The notes under the pieces are model-generated. The model was not told the origin of the DNA. It did no database searches and was given only the letters and a program-made list of their open reading frames with translations. A stretch of 63,494 nt of DNA, the filler included, from Octopus bimaculoides (Eukaryota), in the NCBI RefSeq assembly GCF_001194135.2. It is 5 parts of 5 records of this genome, joined end to end, with 100 filler letters (N's around TTAATTAATTAA, not from the genome) between each part and the next. Parts side by side here need not be neighbours in the genome. Positions count along the whole stretch, not along the records: positions 30,513 to 58,576 come from NC_068991.1; positions 58,677 to 60,700 come from NW_026352101.1; positions 60,801 to 62,353 come from NW_026368784.1; positions 62,454 to 63,494 come from NW_026434582.1; 1 more part is not named here. The stretch is one strand, 5' to 3'. The position numbers and the translations under genes were made by a program. Below, piece by piece: positions 53,738 through 63,494 of the stretch (position 1 is its first letter; every line of letters starts with the position of its first letter).

Positions 53738-53787
53738 CAGTAGTAATAGCAGTAGTAGTAGTAGCAGCAGCAGCAGCAGCAGTAGCG
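53262..53787. repeat. Compound trinucleotide array (TTC)(TCC)(TTC)(TTA)(TTG)(TTA)(TAG)(CAG)
   Basis: Direct reading. Confidence 0.95.
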
Positions 53788-54064
53788 GCACCTCATTGTA
53801 TTATTCATCAGATTCTCCGAGAAAAAAAAAGATTTTTTTCCTCATAAAGTTGCTCTTAGGCAGCTGGTCATTAACAATACAACACATTATATAATCGAGT
53901 GTACAATAAAAGAGCAATACATTTTTTGGATTCATACGCACGTTAATTCGTGCATCTATTCATCCACGCATACATTAAACCATACATTGTTCGCTAGATA
54001 CGAAAATCCACACGTATATCGCTGCATACATACAGCGTGGTAAATACATAGATTGATACCTACA

Positions 54065-54302
54065 TACATTGAACCATACCTATATTGAGCCGTACGTACA
54101 TTGAACCATACCTATATTGAGCCGTAGGTACATTGAACCATATCTATATTGAGCCGTAGGTACATTGAACCATACCTATATTGAGCCGTAGGTACATTGA
54201 AACATACCTATATTGAGCCGTAGGTACATTGAACCATACCTATATTGAGCCGTAGGTACATTGAACCATTCCTATATTGAGCCGTAGGTACATTGATCCA
54301 TA
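54065..54302. repeat. 32-bp minisatellite, 7 full units plus a partial
   Basis: tacattgaaccatacctatattgagccgtagg repeated head-to-tail. Confidence 0.95.
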
Positions 54303-55006
54303 TAGATACCAGGGTGGGGAAACTTTTTAGTGCGCAAGGCAAAGATTTCCGATGCATTGATCAATAAATAGATTGATCTACATCCACTGATCCATAAATA
54401 CATTGATCCATCCAGTCACTGTCCCATACATTGATCCGTACATACGTTGAGCAATACATACAGTGATCTATATATATATATACATACATGTTTCGATCCA
54501 CACATATATTGACCCATACCTGAATTAATCCATGCACTCACAGACTCACATATATATTAGACAGTACGTACAATTATCTAAATATTTATGTAAATACGTA
54601 TATTGGTCGGAAACCTACATTGATGTACGTATGTAGAGATTCATGCGAATTGATTTATACATATATTCATCTATTTATATACTGATCGCTACAAACATAT
54701 ATCGATCTTTACGTGCATCTATAAGTTCAAATATCGATCAGTGTTTATTGTGATCTGTACATACAATTATCTAATTTCTCAATATATACATTGATTTGTA
54801 ATATATTGACGTGTACATACATTTATCTATAATCAGTACATACATTGATCTGCAAGCGTATTGATTTGCATTCATTGATTCATATATATTAATCCATACA
54901 TAAATTCATCTTTACATGAATACATTCACGCAAATCTTTATGTTCACTGTAATCCATTATATATGAATACATATGTATGTGTGTAGATACATATGCGTGT
55001 ATAGTA

Positions 55007-55045
<39 letters not shown>

Positions 55046-55806
55046 GATATTTGCATATATATTATATGTACTGTACATATAAATAAATATATATATACAA
55101 ATATAATATAAATATATATATATATACACGCAATGTATGTACGCATTTCTATATGTTTGTGTGAATATGTATGCACATGCACTGAGATATATATATGTAT
55201 ATGTGTCTGTGTTTGTGCCTCTATGAACACAATAGGGACTTAAATCCATACAGTACATTCATTGAACCATACAAATATTGATCCATGCATACATTGACAC
55301 AAATAGTCATTGTTGCATACATATAGCGATCTATGCATACAATAATCCATAGAGACGTTCATCTTTACGTGCAGTGATTCATAAATTGTATCTTAACATT
55401 GATCCATAAACAGACTCGGCATTATGTTTTCACTTTATGCATAAGCCTGACACAAACTGCCTTGCAACAGTCTTATTGAGAAGATTGCGAATTTGTCGAA
55501 TATGTACCTGATACGCACCCAGATCGATTGAAGCGGGTATGTGGATGCATCGAATGACCTGAAGCCATTATCTGAAATCATTGCAACTGGGGAAAATGCA
55601 CATGCTTTCCTTGAAGCTGTTATTGACAGGCAAACAAATACCTTCTTCTTTTGGAAATAGAACGATCTTTTTTTATGATTCTATAAAAACTTGGCAAAAC
55701 GATATTCCAAAGAAAGAGAGTTTGTCCGTGAGCGTGCTATTTCTTTCACAAAACACTCCTGTTCATGTTACCTACAACATTGGAATAGAAATAAATGCAT
55801 TCATAG

Positions 55807-55987
55807 GCGCAGGCGTGGCTGTGTGGAAAGAAACTAGCTTCCCAATCTCAGAATTCCGAGTTCAGTCCCACTGTGTGTCACCTTAGGCAAATGTTTTCTT
55901 CTATAATAGTCATCGGCCGCCGAATAATTTGTCAATATCATGGCTACCGAATAATTTGTCAATATCATGGCTACCGAATAATTGTCA
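55807..55987 (+). mobile_element. Diverged CORE-SINE 5' fragment ending in a 27-bp tandem duplication
   Basis: ggcgcaggcgtggctgtgtgg..ttcagtcccactgtgtgtcaccttaggcaaatg; cgaataatttgtcaatatcatggctac at 55921-55947 and 55948-55974. Confidence 0.7.
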
Positions 55988-56160
55988 CATTATTTACAGA
56001 TAAATTCCTCTATTTACATAATATCGAGGTCTCTTTCATTCTTTTGTTGTCTTACCATNNNNNNNNNNCATTATTTACAGATAAATTCCTCTATTTACAT
56101 AATATCGAGGTCTCTTTCATTCTTTTGTTGTCTTACCATTTCTATCTATCTATCTATCTA

Positions 56161-56206
<46 letters not shown>

Positions 56207-56429
56207 TGCACACATGCAAACATTCCTACATGTATACATACATACTGACTAACGGACAGACAAACAGATAGACAAAAGGAGAGAGTGAGAGAGGGAGTGT
56301 AGCAAAAGAAACTGAAGGTAATATTTCAAACATAAAATTGATAGAAATTTTTTCATAGCTTTTTGAGAATTGTTGGCGCTCTGATGTTCTTCCCGCGATT
56401 GACCATTGGGCATTTGCACAGGCCTTCAA

Positions 56430-57080
56430 TCTACTAAATAGACCTCGCTAGGTGACCTTGGTACCCTATTTTATCGTTCCCATAAAGATGAAAACAAATT
56501 GAAAAAGCAATGTTGGAAAAGCAATGTGAGATTTGAACTTGAAATATAAAAATAATCGGAAGAAATATTAGAAGCGTTTCATCTAGTCCGCTAGTGCAAA
56601 GCTGCGGTCTATTAAATCGACCTTAGCAGGTGACCTTAGTACTTTATTTAATCGATGCAATGTTATTACCACTTCAAATATGCTTGTAGCACGCTTGGAT
56701 TCGTAAATAAGCCATTCACTGTGTTTTGTCTTGGAGGAAATTTCTCGCTGTAGACAGAATGGTGTTAATACACCGATATCAGTTCACAGTGCCACCTATA
56801 TAGACTGTGAGATGCAAGCATTTCGGTGTGGTTATCGCATCTTCAGTTGCAGACACTATGCAGTGAACTCAAAACATGAAAATACGCGGAATATTGGAAG
56901 TGTTTCCTTTCAGTCCGCTAATGCAGATCTGCGGTCTATTAATGTGGCTTTGATGCCTTCATCGACCCCGTAAAGAAGAAAAAGAAAGAAAAGAAAAGAA
57001 AAACACAAGCAATATTGACATTGGTGGGGCTTGAACTTAAAACATGAATGTGTTTCCTACTGCCGCTAATGATTCTGATA
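56430..57080 (-). mobile_element. Cluster of 3-4 degenerate family-B SINE remnants
   Basis: Repeated ttgaact..aaa..aaata..agcgtttc..agtccgcta..gctgcggtctattaa and ggtac..tatttaatcga motifs. Confidence 0.5.
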
Positions 57081-58083
57081 ATTTATCGGTCTAGAACAAT
57101 GACATCCGTTAAATTAGGCGGATTACCAAATATTCATTGTAGGATGTCATTAGTGAAAATGGTGGAAGGGAAACGGTTAAAGTGAGAGGGGAAGGGAGAG
57201 AAGGTGGTTGAGCGAGAAAAGGTTGAAAGAAATAATGGGAAGCAGAGGTAAGAAGAAGGATAGAGAACCGGAAAAAGAGAGGGAAGAGGAGAGTAATAGG
57301 AAGAGAGAAAGAGAGAGAGAGAGAGAGTAACAGAAAGAGGAGAGACAGGAAAAAGATATTTAGAAGTAGAGAGGAAAAAGACGGAGTTAAACGAATTCTA
57401 TATGTGTGTGTGTGTGTGTGTATTTGTATGTGTGTGTGTGTGTGTATTTGTATATGTTTGTGTGTGTACAGAGAGAGAGAGAGAAGGAAAGGGAGATTTA
57501 GAAAGGTATGAAAGAAAGCAAGAAAAAGGAAATGAAGAGATGCAGTGGAGGGCTGGAGGTGATGCTTATGTTGTTTTGTTCTTTTCCTTCTTCTTGTTGT
57601 CGATGTTGTTGCTGTGGTAGTTGTGATNNNNNNNNNNNNNNNNNNNNNNNNNNNNNNNNNNNNNNNNNNNNNNNNNNNNNNNNNNNNNNNNNNNNNNNNN
57701 NNNNNNNNNNNNNNNNNNNNNNNNNNNNNNNNNNNNNNNNNNNNNNNNNNNNNNNNNNNNNNNNNNNNNNNNNNNNNNNNNNNNNNNNNNNNNNNNNNNN
57801 NNNNNNNNNNNNNNNNNNNNNNNNNNNNNNNNNNNNNNNNNNNNNNNNNNNGGTTGTGGTGCAGCTGGTGATGGTGATGGTGATGGTGATGGTGATGGTG
57901 ATGGAAAAGGAAGGTAAAAAATGGCGTTTGAATAAATGGAAGTGAAACGGTTTGTTGGCGTCTGCGGTGCTTGCAAGCGTGCAAATAGGCCTTCTGAAAA
58001 CTGTCAACCGCCTATCGGCCCGATGACTAGGACGTGAAGCTGTATTTTAATGAGGATTCGTATTTAGATAGTAAGGGGCTGAC

Positions 58084-58145
<62 letters not shown>

Positions 58146-58329
58146 GTAGATAGATATTTCATACACATGTATACTTATATATACATACATATGTGTGTGT
58201 GTATATACACATACATGTGGAGAGAGGGTCGTATACAAGTATCTATGTACGATTGTATGTACGTATGTATGTATCTGCGTGGGTGTTTGTGTGTATGAGT
58301 ATAAATAAGCATATATACATATAAACATG

Positions 58330-58380
<51 letters not shown>

Positions 58381-58676
58381 GTGGATAGACGAATGGATGA
58401 ATAGATGAATCGATCGTCTCGCCTCTAAAACCAAGATACGAGCTTCTTTCCACCGCCATTGTTAGAAAGAAAAAAACTCCCTCTGCTATTCAAACATCCT
58501 CACTTCTCTCTTGACGACCTCTGAGCAAGACACATGCGTATTGCTGTAAGGTTTAAAACGAATGGAGGGGGGGGGGNNNNNNNNNNNNNNNNNNNNNNNN
58601 NNNNNNNNNNNNNNNNNNNNTTAATTAATTAANNNNNNNNNNNNNNNNNNNNNNNNNNNNNNNNNNNNNNNNNNNN

Positions 58677-58843
58677 ATCTCTACCACTCCCGGAGTCATC
58701 AGGGTCGTTGTACAGCCTGTGTCCACTAGGGCACGCGACATCCTCCTATCCACTAGCACATCAACAACGGGTAGAAAAAATTGCGCCTTTATTGATCCGA
58801 AGGGGAGACCACTGGCGCAGTAGTCTCCCTTAGACCGTTTCCC
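58677..58843 (-). CDS. pol: Pol N-terminus (retropepsin), reached by -1 frameshift, runs into gap
   Basis: LPVVDVLVDRRMSRALVDTGCTTTL (A-L-V-D-T-G active site). Confidence 0.85.
58783..58843 (-). promoter_or_regulatory. -1 programmed ribosomal frameshift signal
   Basis: G GGA AAC in gag frame (58837-58843), 7-nt spacer, stem 1 gggagactac/gtggtctccc, stem 2 gcgcc/ggcgc. Confidence 0.85.
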
Positions 58844-59376
58844 TGCAGACATTCGCTGGCTATATGTCCCGTTTCTCGACAACGGTAGCAAATGACCTCA
58901 GGCTTGGGTAACTTGCAGTCTCGCACCATGTGCAGGCCCTGACACCGGAAACACTGTCCTTTGAACAGTCGCACACGTTCCTTGTTCAACCCCTCTCTGC
59001 TACTCCTTGGTCGACCACTTTTTGCTGTCGCCGCTGCTGCCAACGGTGTGGATCTACAACACAAAACTAACATACGAGCCCTGGTTATTATATCCGCCAT
59101 GGGCATGGCATTCACGTCCGGCAGTTTCTGCAATTCGACCGACAGGTGGTCAGGAAACCCAGTTACAAACGCCAACTTTACTGTTCGATCCAGCGATTCT
59201 CCCTCGTACCCCACCAGTCTAGCCAACCTCCTAAGTTCGTTGGCAAACACGTCGACCTGTTCGCCGGTCCACTTTGCTCTCCCCAGGCGAGCGTACGCCT
59301 CAAACATTCCTTCTGCGAAGGCCTCCATCAAGCGGATTTCTATTTTCTCCGCGCTAACTTGGTCCCTCTCTTCCAT
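58789..59376 (-). CDS. gag: Gag C-terminal part (nucleocapsid zinc knuckles), 5'-truncated
   Basis: CFRCQGLHMVRDC and CYRCRETGHIASEC (CX2CX4HX4C); uninterrupted 195 codons. Confidence 0.85.
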   Translation of the reverse strand: MEERDQVSAEKIEIRLMEAFAEGMFEAYARLGRAKWTGEQVDVFANELRRLARLVGYEGESLDRTVKLAFVTGFPDHLSVELQKLPDVNAMPMADIITRARMLVLCCRSTPLAAAATAKSGRPRSSREGLNKERVRLFKGQCFRCQGLHMVRDCKLPKPEVICYRCRETGHIASECLQGNGLRETTAPVVSPSDQ

Positions 59377-59418
59377 CTCTAAAAATACATTTAAAGAAAT
59401 TCCATTTATTTATTTCAG

Positions 59419-59805
59419 GANNNNNNNNNNNNNNNNNNNNNNNNNNNNNNNNNNNNNNNNNNNNNNNNNNNNNNNNNNNNNNNNNNNNNNNNNNNNNNNN
59501 NNNNNNNNNNNNNNNNNNNNNNNNNNNNNNNNNNNNNNNNNNNNNNNNNNNNNNNNNNNNNNNNNNNNNNNNNNNNNNNNNNNNNNNNNNNNNNNNNNNN
59601 NNNNNNNNNNNNNNNNNNNNNNNNNNNNNNNNNNNNNNNNNNNNNNNNNNNNNNNNNNNNNNNNNNNNNNNNNNNNNNNNNNNNNNNNNNNNNNNNNNNN
59701 NNNNNNNNNNNNNNNNNNNNNNNNNNNNNNNNNNNNNNNNAACATTGTTTAGACACCTGGTTACACATCAAGAAATCTTGTCCTTTATGTCGTGCACCAG
59801 TATAA
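59419..59805 (+). CDS. Probable terminal coding exon of a RING-finger protein (middle hidden in a 320-N gap)
   Basis: Acceptor-like ttccatttatttatttcag|ga at 59400-59420; after the gap HCLDTWLHIKKSCPLCRAPV* (59743-59805) fits the RING C-x3-W..C-P-x-C-R pattern; AATAAA at 59804 and 59866. Confidence 0.65.
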   Translation, partial: XXXXXXXXXXXXXXXXXXXXXXXXXXXXXXXXXXXXXXXXXXXXXXXXXXXXXXXXXXXXXXXXXXXXXXXXXXXXXXXXXXXXXXXXXXXXXXXXXXXXXXXXXXXXHCLDTWLHIKKSCPLCRAPV

Positions 59806-60227
59806 TAAACTATACAAGAATTGGTCCTGAAATACTTGCATACTTCTATCTATAAGTTTGTGATTAATAAATATGTTAATATTTATCTCTTTCTACATGT
59901 TGTTGTTGAGTGCACATATGATCCAAGGTGACATCATAGGATATTTGAGAAGACCAACCACCATAAGTGATTAAGACTCTACTACTTTGAGCTTTTTATC
60001 TTCGAGTGAATAAGATATAGATGCTGAGGTGACTTTGGCTGTTGACTCTGTTCTGTTCTTGTACTATATATATATATTTCTATAGGAAAATGTATTGTTG
60101 AAAATGCACTTAAATTTCAAAAGCTCGTAAATGCTTAAAATACATTTATTTACATATATACCAAACTAGTTTCAACAATATTTTTTGTTTATCAATGGTA
60201 AAAATTTTAAATTAGAAAAACATCGTT

Positions 60228-60322
60228 AAAAGTTTCAATGTTGACAAATCAAAATCTTTCAATGTTGACAAACTAAAATGTTTCAATGTTGACAAATTAA
60301 AATGTTTCAATGTTGATAAATT
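60228..60322. repeat. 24-bp tandem repeat x4
   Basis: aaaatgtttcaatgttgacaaatt. Confidence 0.9.
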
Positions 60323-60329
60323 ATCATGT

Positions 60330-60700
60330 TCAAAACAGAAGGTGTAAGTTTGAAATTAAAACTGTATATCAATTTGTTAACCTACATGACATACAAAATG
60401 ATATTCAGGAATTCTGCAGAAAACTTCAAGTCACTGTAGAACTACTATATAAAGAAAATAATGATCAATCCATCCTTCACAATAAAAGCAACTACTATCC
60501 AACAAAAGGAAAAAATCAAACTCTGGATAACTTTTATGACTTGATTTCCAGTTTCCCCTACAACTTTCTCCCACACCGAAAATTTAAAATAAATACAAGT
60601 AAAGAAGAATGGGAAATCATCAATAATCTCTGGGAGGATGACAACATGATTATAAAAGAAGCTGACAAAGGGAGTTCTATAGTTATCATGGATTCAGAAA
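60330..60700 (+). mobile_element. Penelope-like element ORF fragment (region N-terminal to RT)
   Basis: DIQEFCRKLQ..NTSKEEWEIINNLWEDDNMIIKEADKGSSIVIMD contains the PLE IIKxADKGxxxVIMD hallmark; runs into gap. Confidence 0.8.
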
Positions 60701-61149
60701 NNNNNNNNNNNNNNNNNNNNNNNNNNNNNNNNNNNNNNNNNNNNTTAATTAATTAANNNNNNNNNNNNNNNNNNNNNNNNNNNNNNNNNNNNNNNNNNNN
60801 TATATATATATGTACTTTTGCACAATGCAGTGGGAATGAATTTTGAGTAAGTGTTAACTTAATTTAATTTAAGGTACGGATGACTAAAGTTCACGTTTAA
60901 CCTCCCCATTCTTAGAAACACCAAGTCGATAGCCAACTCGCTTTGTGATCATGAGTGTACCAAACCCCACGTGTGCGTGTGCTCACATTTTCGCAGATGC
61001 TTGTATGAGCGAGTGTACTCGAGCCACGCAGCTTGCTCGAGGACGTTTATACATCCATATTTGTTAACGGTTATTCTAAATACTTTTCTCACTGGATTGC
61101 GTGTTCGTTTTCTCTTTTTCTCCATCTGTGATTTTATTTTTCAACTTCT

Positions 61150-61570
61150 ATGTAGACAGCTCTGGAACCTGGCAAGCATTCCTCAGTGTGTCCATGTGAA
61201 GATTTCCGACCACCACTTTCATCTTGGCCACAATCTTAGTTTTGTTGCTGCAGGTTCGAGTCATGCTCAACGACCTTTCATGTGATTAGAATCGGGGGCA
61301 ATTTGAAGGCCAGAATTCGGGGCTGATGAAATCAGAAAATTTCTGGCGACTATTTCTGATGCTTTCCAGAGGTATGGTCAGTAGCCGTATCCTGCTGTTA
61401 CGCATAAGGCTTTCCAACAGCAACCCTCTCCAGCCAGGGATTCATCACAGTCTCCAGCAGCTTCAGAAAGCCGTTTCAATTAGGCCTGTCCATTTATGTG
61501 GGACAGCATGACATCATTCTCACTGGAGACAAAACCAAAGGCCATCACACCCCTACTGGCCATGGCGTCT
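61150..61570 (-). mobile_element. maT (DD37D-type) Tc1/mariner transposase remnant
   Basis: VMAFGFVSSENDVM..LKLLETVMNPWLERVAVGKPYA*QQDTATDHTSGKHQK..FSDFISPEFWPSN..TKIVAKMKVVVGNLHMDTLRNAC. Confidence 0.8.
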
Positions 61571-61589
61571 CCCATGTAGCTGTCCATGT

Positions 61590-61848
61590 CACGTCTTACA
61601 GCCTTATTCTATCGGCTTTCTTTTGCCAAACCGCTAAGTTGCGACGAGGACGTAAACACACCAAAACCTGTTGTCAAGCGGTACTGGGAATGTACATACG
61701 ATGGGCTTCTCTCAGTTTCCATCTACCAAATCCTCTCACAAGGCTTTGGTCGGCCTGAGACTATAATAGAAGACACATGCCCAAGGTGCCACGCAGTGGG
61801 AGTGAACCAGGAACCATGTGGTTGGGAAGCAAGCTTCTTACCACACAG
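61590..61848 (-). mobile_element. CORE-SINE copy almost lacking the internal microsatellite
   Basis: Reverse complement of head/CORE at 61700-61848 and of the 3' part at 61590-61695. Confidence 0.8.
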
Positions 61849-61852
61849 TGAT

Positions 61853-62042
61853 TTATTTTCTTTTACTTGTTTCAGTCATTTGACTGGGGCACCGCCTCGA
61901 GGGTTTTTAGTCCAAACAAATCGACCCCACAAGATTTTTTTTAAAGCCTAGTACTGATTCTATCGGTCCCTTTTTCCCGAACCGCCACGTTACGGGGACG
62001 TAAACACACCACCACTGGTTTTCAAGCGATGCTGGGAGACAA

Positions 62043-62075
<33 letters not shown>

Positions 62076-62238
62076 CGACGAGTTTCTTTCAATTTCCGTC
62101 TACCAACTCCACTCACAAGGGTTTGGTCGGCCCGAGGCTATAGTAGAAGACACTTGCCCAAGGTGCCCCACAGTGGGATTGAACCATGAAGCAGGTGGCT
62201 GAGAAACCAGCTTCTTGCCACACAGCCAAGCATGCACC
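61853..62238 (-). mobile_element. CORE-SINE copy, head-to-tail with the previous one
   Basis: Tail, internal (CA)n and head all present. Confidence 0.85.
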
Positions 62239-62540
62239 TGTATATTAAATACTCAAACGCACTTTTCCGATAGTTGTTATATACCGGAAGTGGTACGGTG
62301 AATGCGTATCATAGGAGTATTCAAAATTCATATACTTGCACCTCGGAACGAAANNNNNNNNNNNNNNNNNNNNNNNNNNNNNNNNNNNNNNNNNNNNTTA
62401 ATTAATTAANNNNNNNNNNNNNNNNNNNNNNNNNNNNNNNNNNNNNNNNNNNNATATGTGCATATGTATATATTTATAAATGAATGTATATTATCTAATG
62501 TACCTTTATATGTATAAATGTATATAATATATATACACTG

Positions 62541-62600
62541 GCGGTGCCCCAGCATGGCCTCAGCCTCAAGGCTGAAACATATAAAAGAATAAAAGAATAC
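62541..62600 (+). mobile_element. CORE-SINE 3' tail fragment
   Basis: ggcggtgcccagcatggcc..gctgaaacatataaaagaataaaagaata. Confidence 0.6.
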
Positions 62601-63397
62601 ATACATAACTACATATACATTAATATAAAGCTACATATATACACACACAGAGACACACACGCACCCACACACAACACACACACATACATACGCATATATA
62701 CATATATACATACGCACACCTACGCACACCTACGCATATATATATATACATATATACATACGCATATATACACACACATACGCACATATACATATGTACA
62801 TAAGGATATATAATAATTGAATTTATACTTTAGACATATGCCTCTTATTCATACATTTGTCTGTCTCCGTATGGATATATTTTAGTTTCTGTGCATTTAC
62901 GTATGGACACGCGAGCACACACACACACACACACGTATGTATGTATGTATGTATGTATGTATGTNNNNNNNNNNATGTATGTATGTATGTATGTATGCAT
63001 GCATATATGTATGTATGCATGCATATATGTATGTATGTATATCTGTATCCGTGTGAGTTTGGAAGACTATGTATGTCTCTATATATCTAAGTAAATAAGT
63101 AAGCGATACGAGAAACATGAGGTGCGTAAAAGCAGGTAAAGATAACAGATATTCTGATATGACAGCTATACAACTCTTTAAATTACACTCCATCATCCAG
63201 AGCTAAGTCTGCATGGTTTCTGACCCTCATGTTTTGTTATCTCTGTATCTCCATATCTCCCCTTAATACTCTTACAAATGTAAAAACATTTAGTCAACGT
63301 TCGTGTGGATCCTATGAATGGATGAGAAGATAAACTATATGTATTTCATGCATGCTACTTCTGTGTATATCATCTAAGTACATCTGATGTATGTTTG

Positions 63398-63431
<34 letters not shown>

Positions 63432-63494
63432 TATGCACACATATATATATAGTATGTTATATATTTATACATGTGTGAGTATATGTATATACAA

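Larger units (their letters stand above)
58677..59380 (-). mobile_element. LTR retrotransposon (Ty3/Gypsy-like) gag-pro fragment
   Basis: Gag C-terminus with two zinc knuckles, overlapping -1 frame with an aspartic protease motif; LTRs not visible (gap on one side, truncation on the other). Confidence 0.9.

Noticed and set aside
54065-54302. 32-bp and 37/44-bp repeats (also 52090) as a CRISPR-like array
   Set aside because: Units are head-to-tail with no unique spacers, no cas genes are present, and the context is eukaryotic
55988-56139. Exact 71-bp duplication either side of a 10-N gap
   Set aside because: Identical copies abutting a minimal gap are typical of unmerged overlapping contig ends
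57936-58037. MEVKRFVGVCGACKRANRP resembling the integrase HHCC zinc finger
   Set aside because: Only 33 codons, opposite strand to the nearby gag-pro, and no His pair or DDE core follows

Overview
This is eukaryotic, AT-rich, microsatellite-saturated draft-assembly DNA with many N-gaps. The SINE repertoire and the density of (CA)n, (TA)n, (TACA)n and (GATA)n repeats point to a coleoid cephalopod, most likely Octopus (inference). Almost all long ORFs in the supplied track are translations of microsatellites or gaps. The recognisable content is mostly decayed transposable elements: three tRNA-derived SINE families, three R4/Dong-like RLE LINE fragments, RTE LINE fragments, Penelope-like pieces, a full-length dead Tc1 (DD36E spacing), two maT (DD37D-type) remnants, an internally inverted mariner, a Chapaev3-like element, hAT/pogo ends, foldback/MITE-like palindromes and a Gypsy-like gag-pro fragment. 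The only host-like coding signal is a RING-finger C-terminus in a probable + strand terminal exon (59419-59805) that is mostly hidden in a gap. The most interesting signals are (1) a complete -1 frameshift cassette (G GGA AAC, 7-nt spacer, H-type pseudoknot) at the gag/pro overlap, (2) an RLE-type LINE whose copies sit in (ACAT)n microsatellites, suggesting target specificity, and (3) a hammerhead-like motif with a non-canonical core in a Penelope-like repeat. I found no evidence for a new multi-gene system. All family assignments come from motif recognition by eye, not from database searches.
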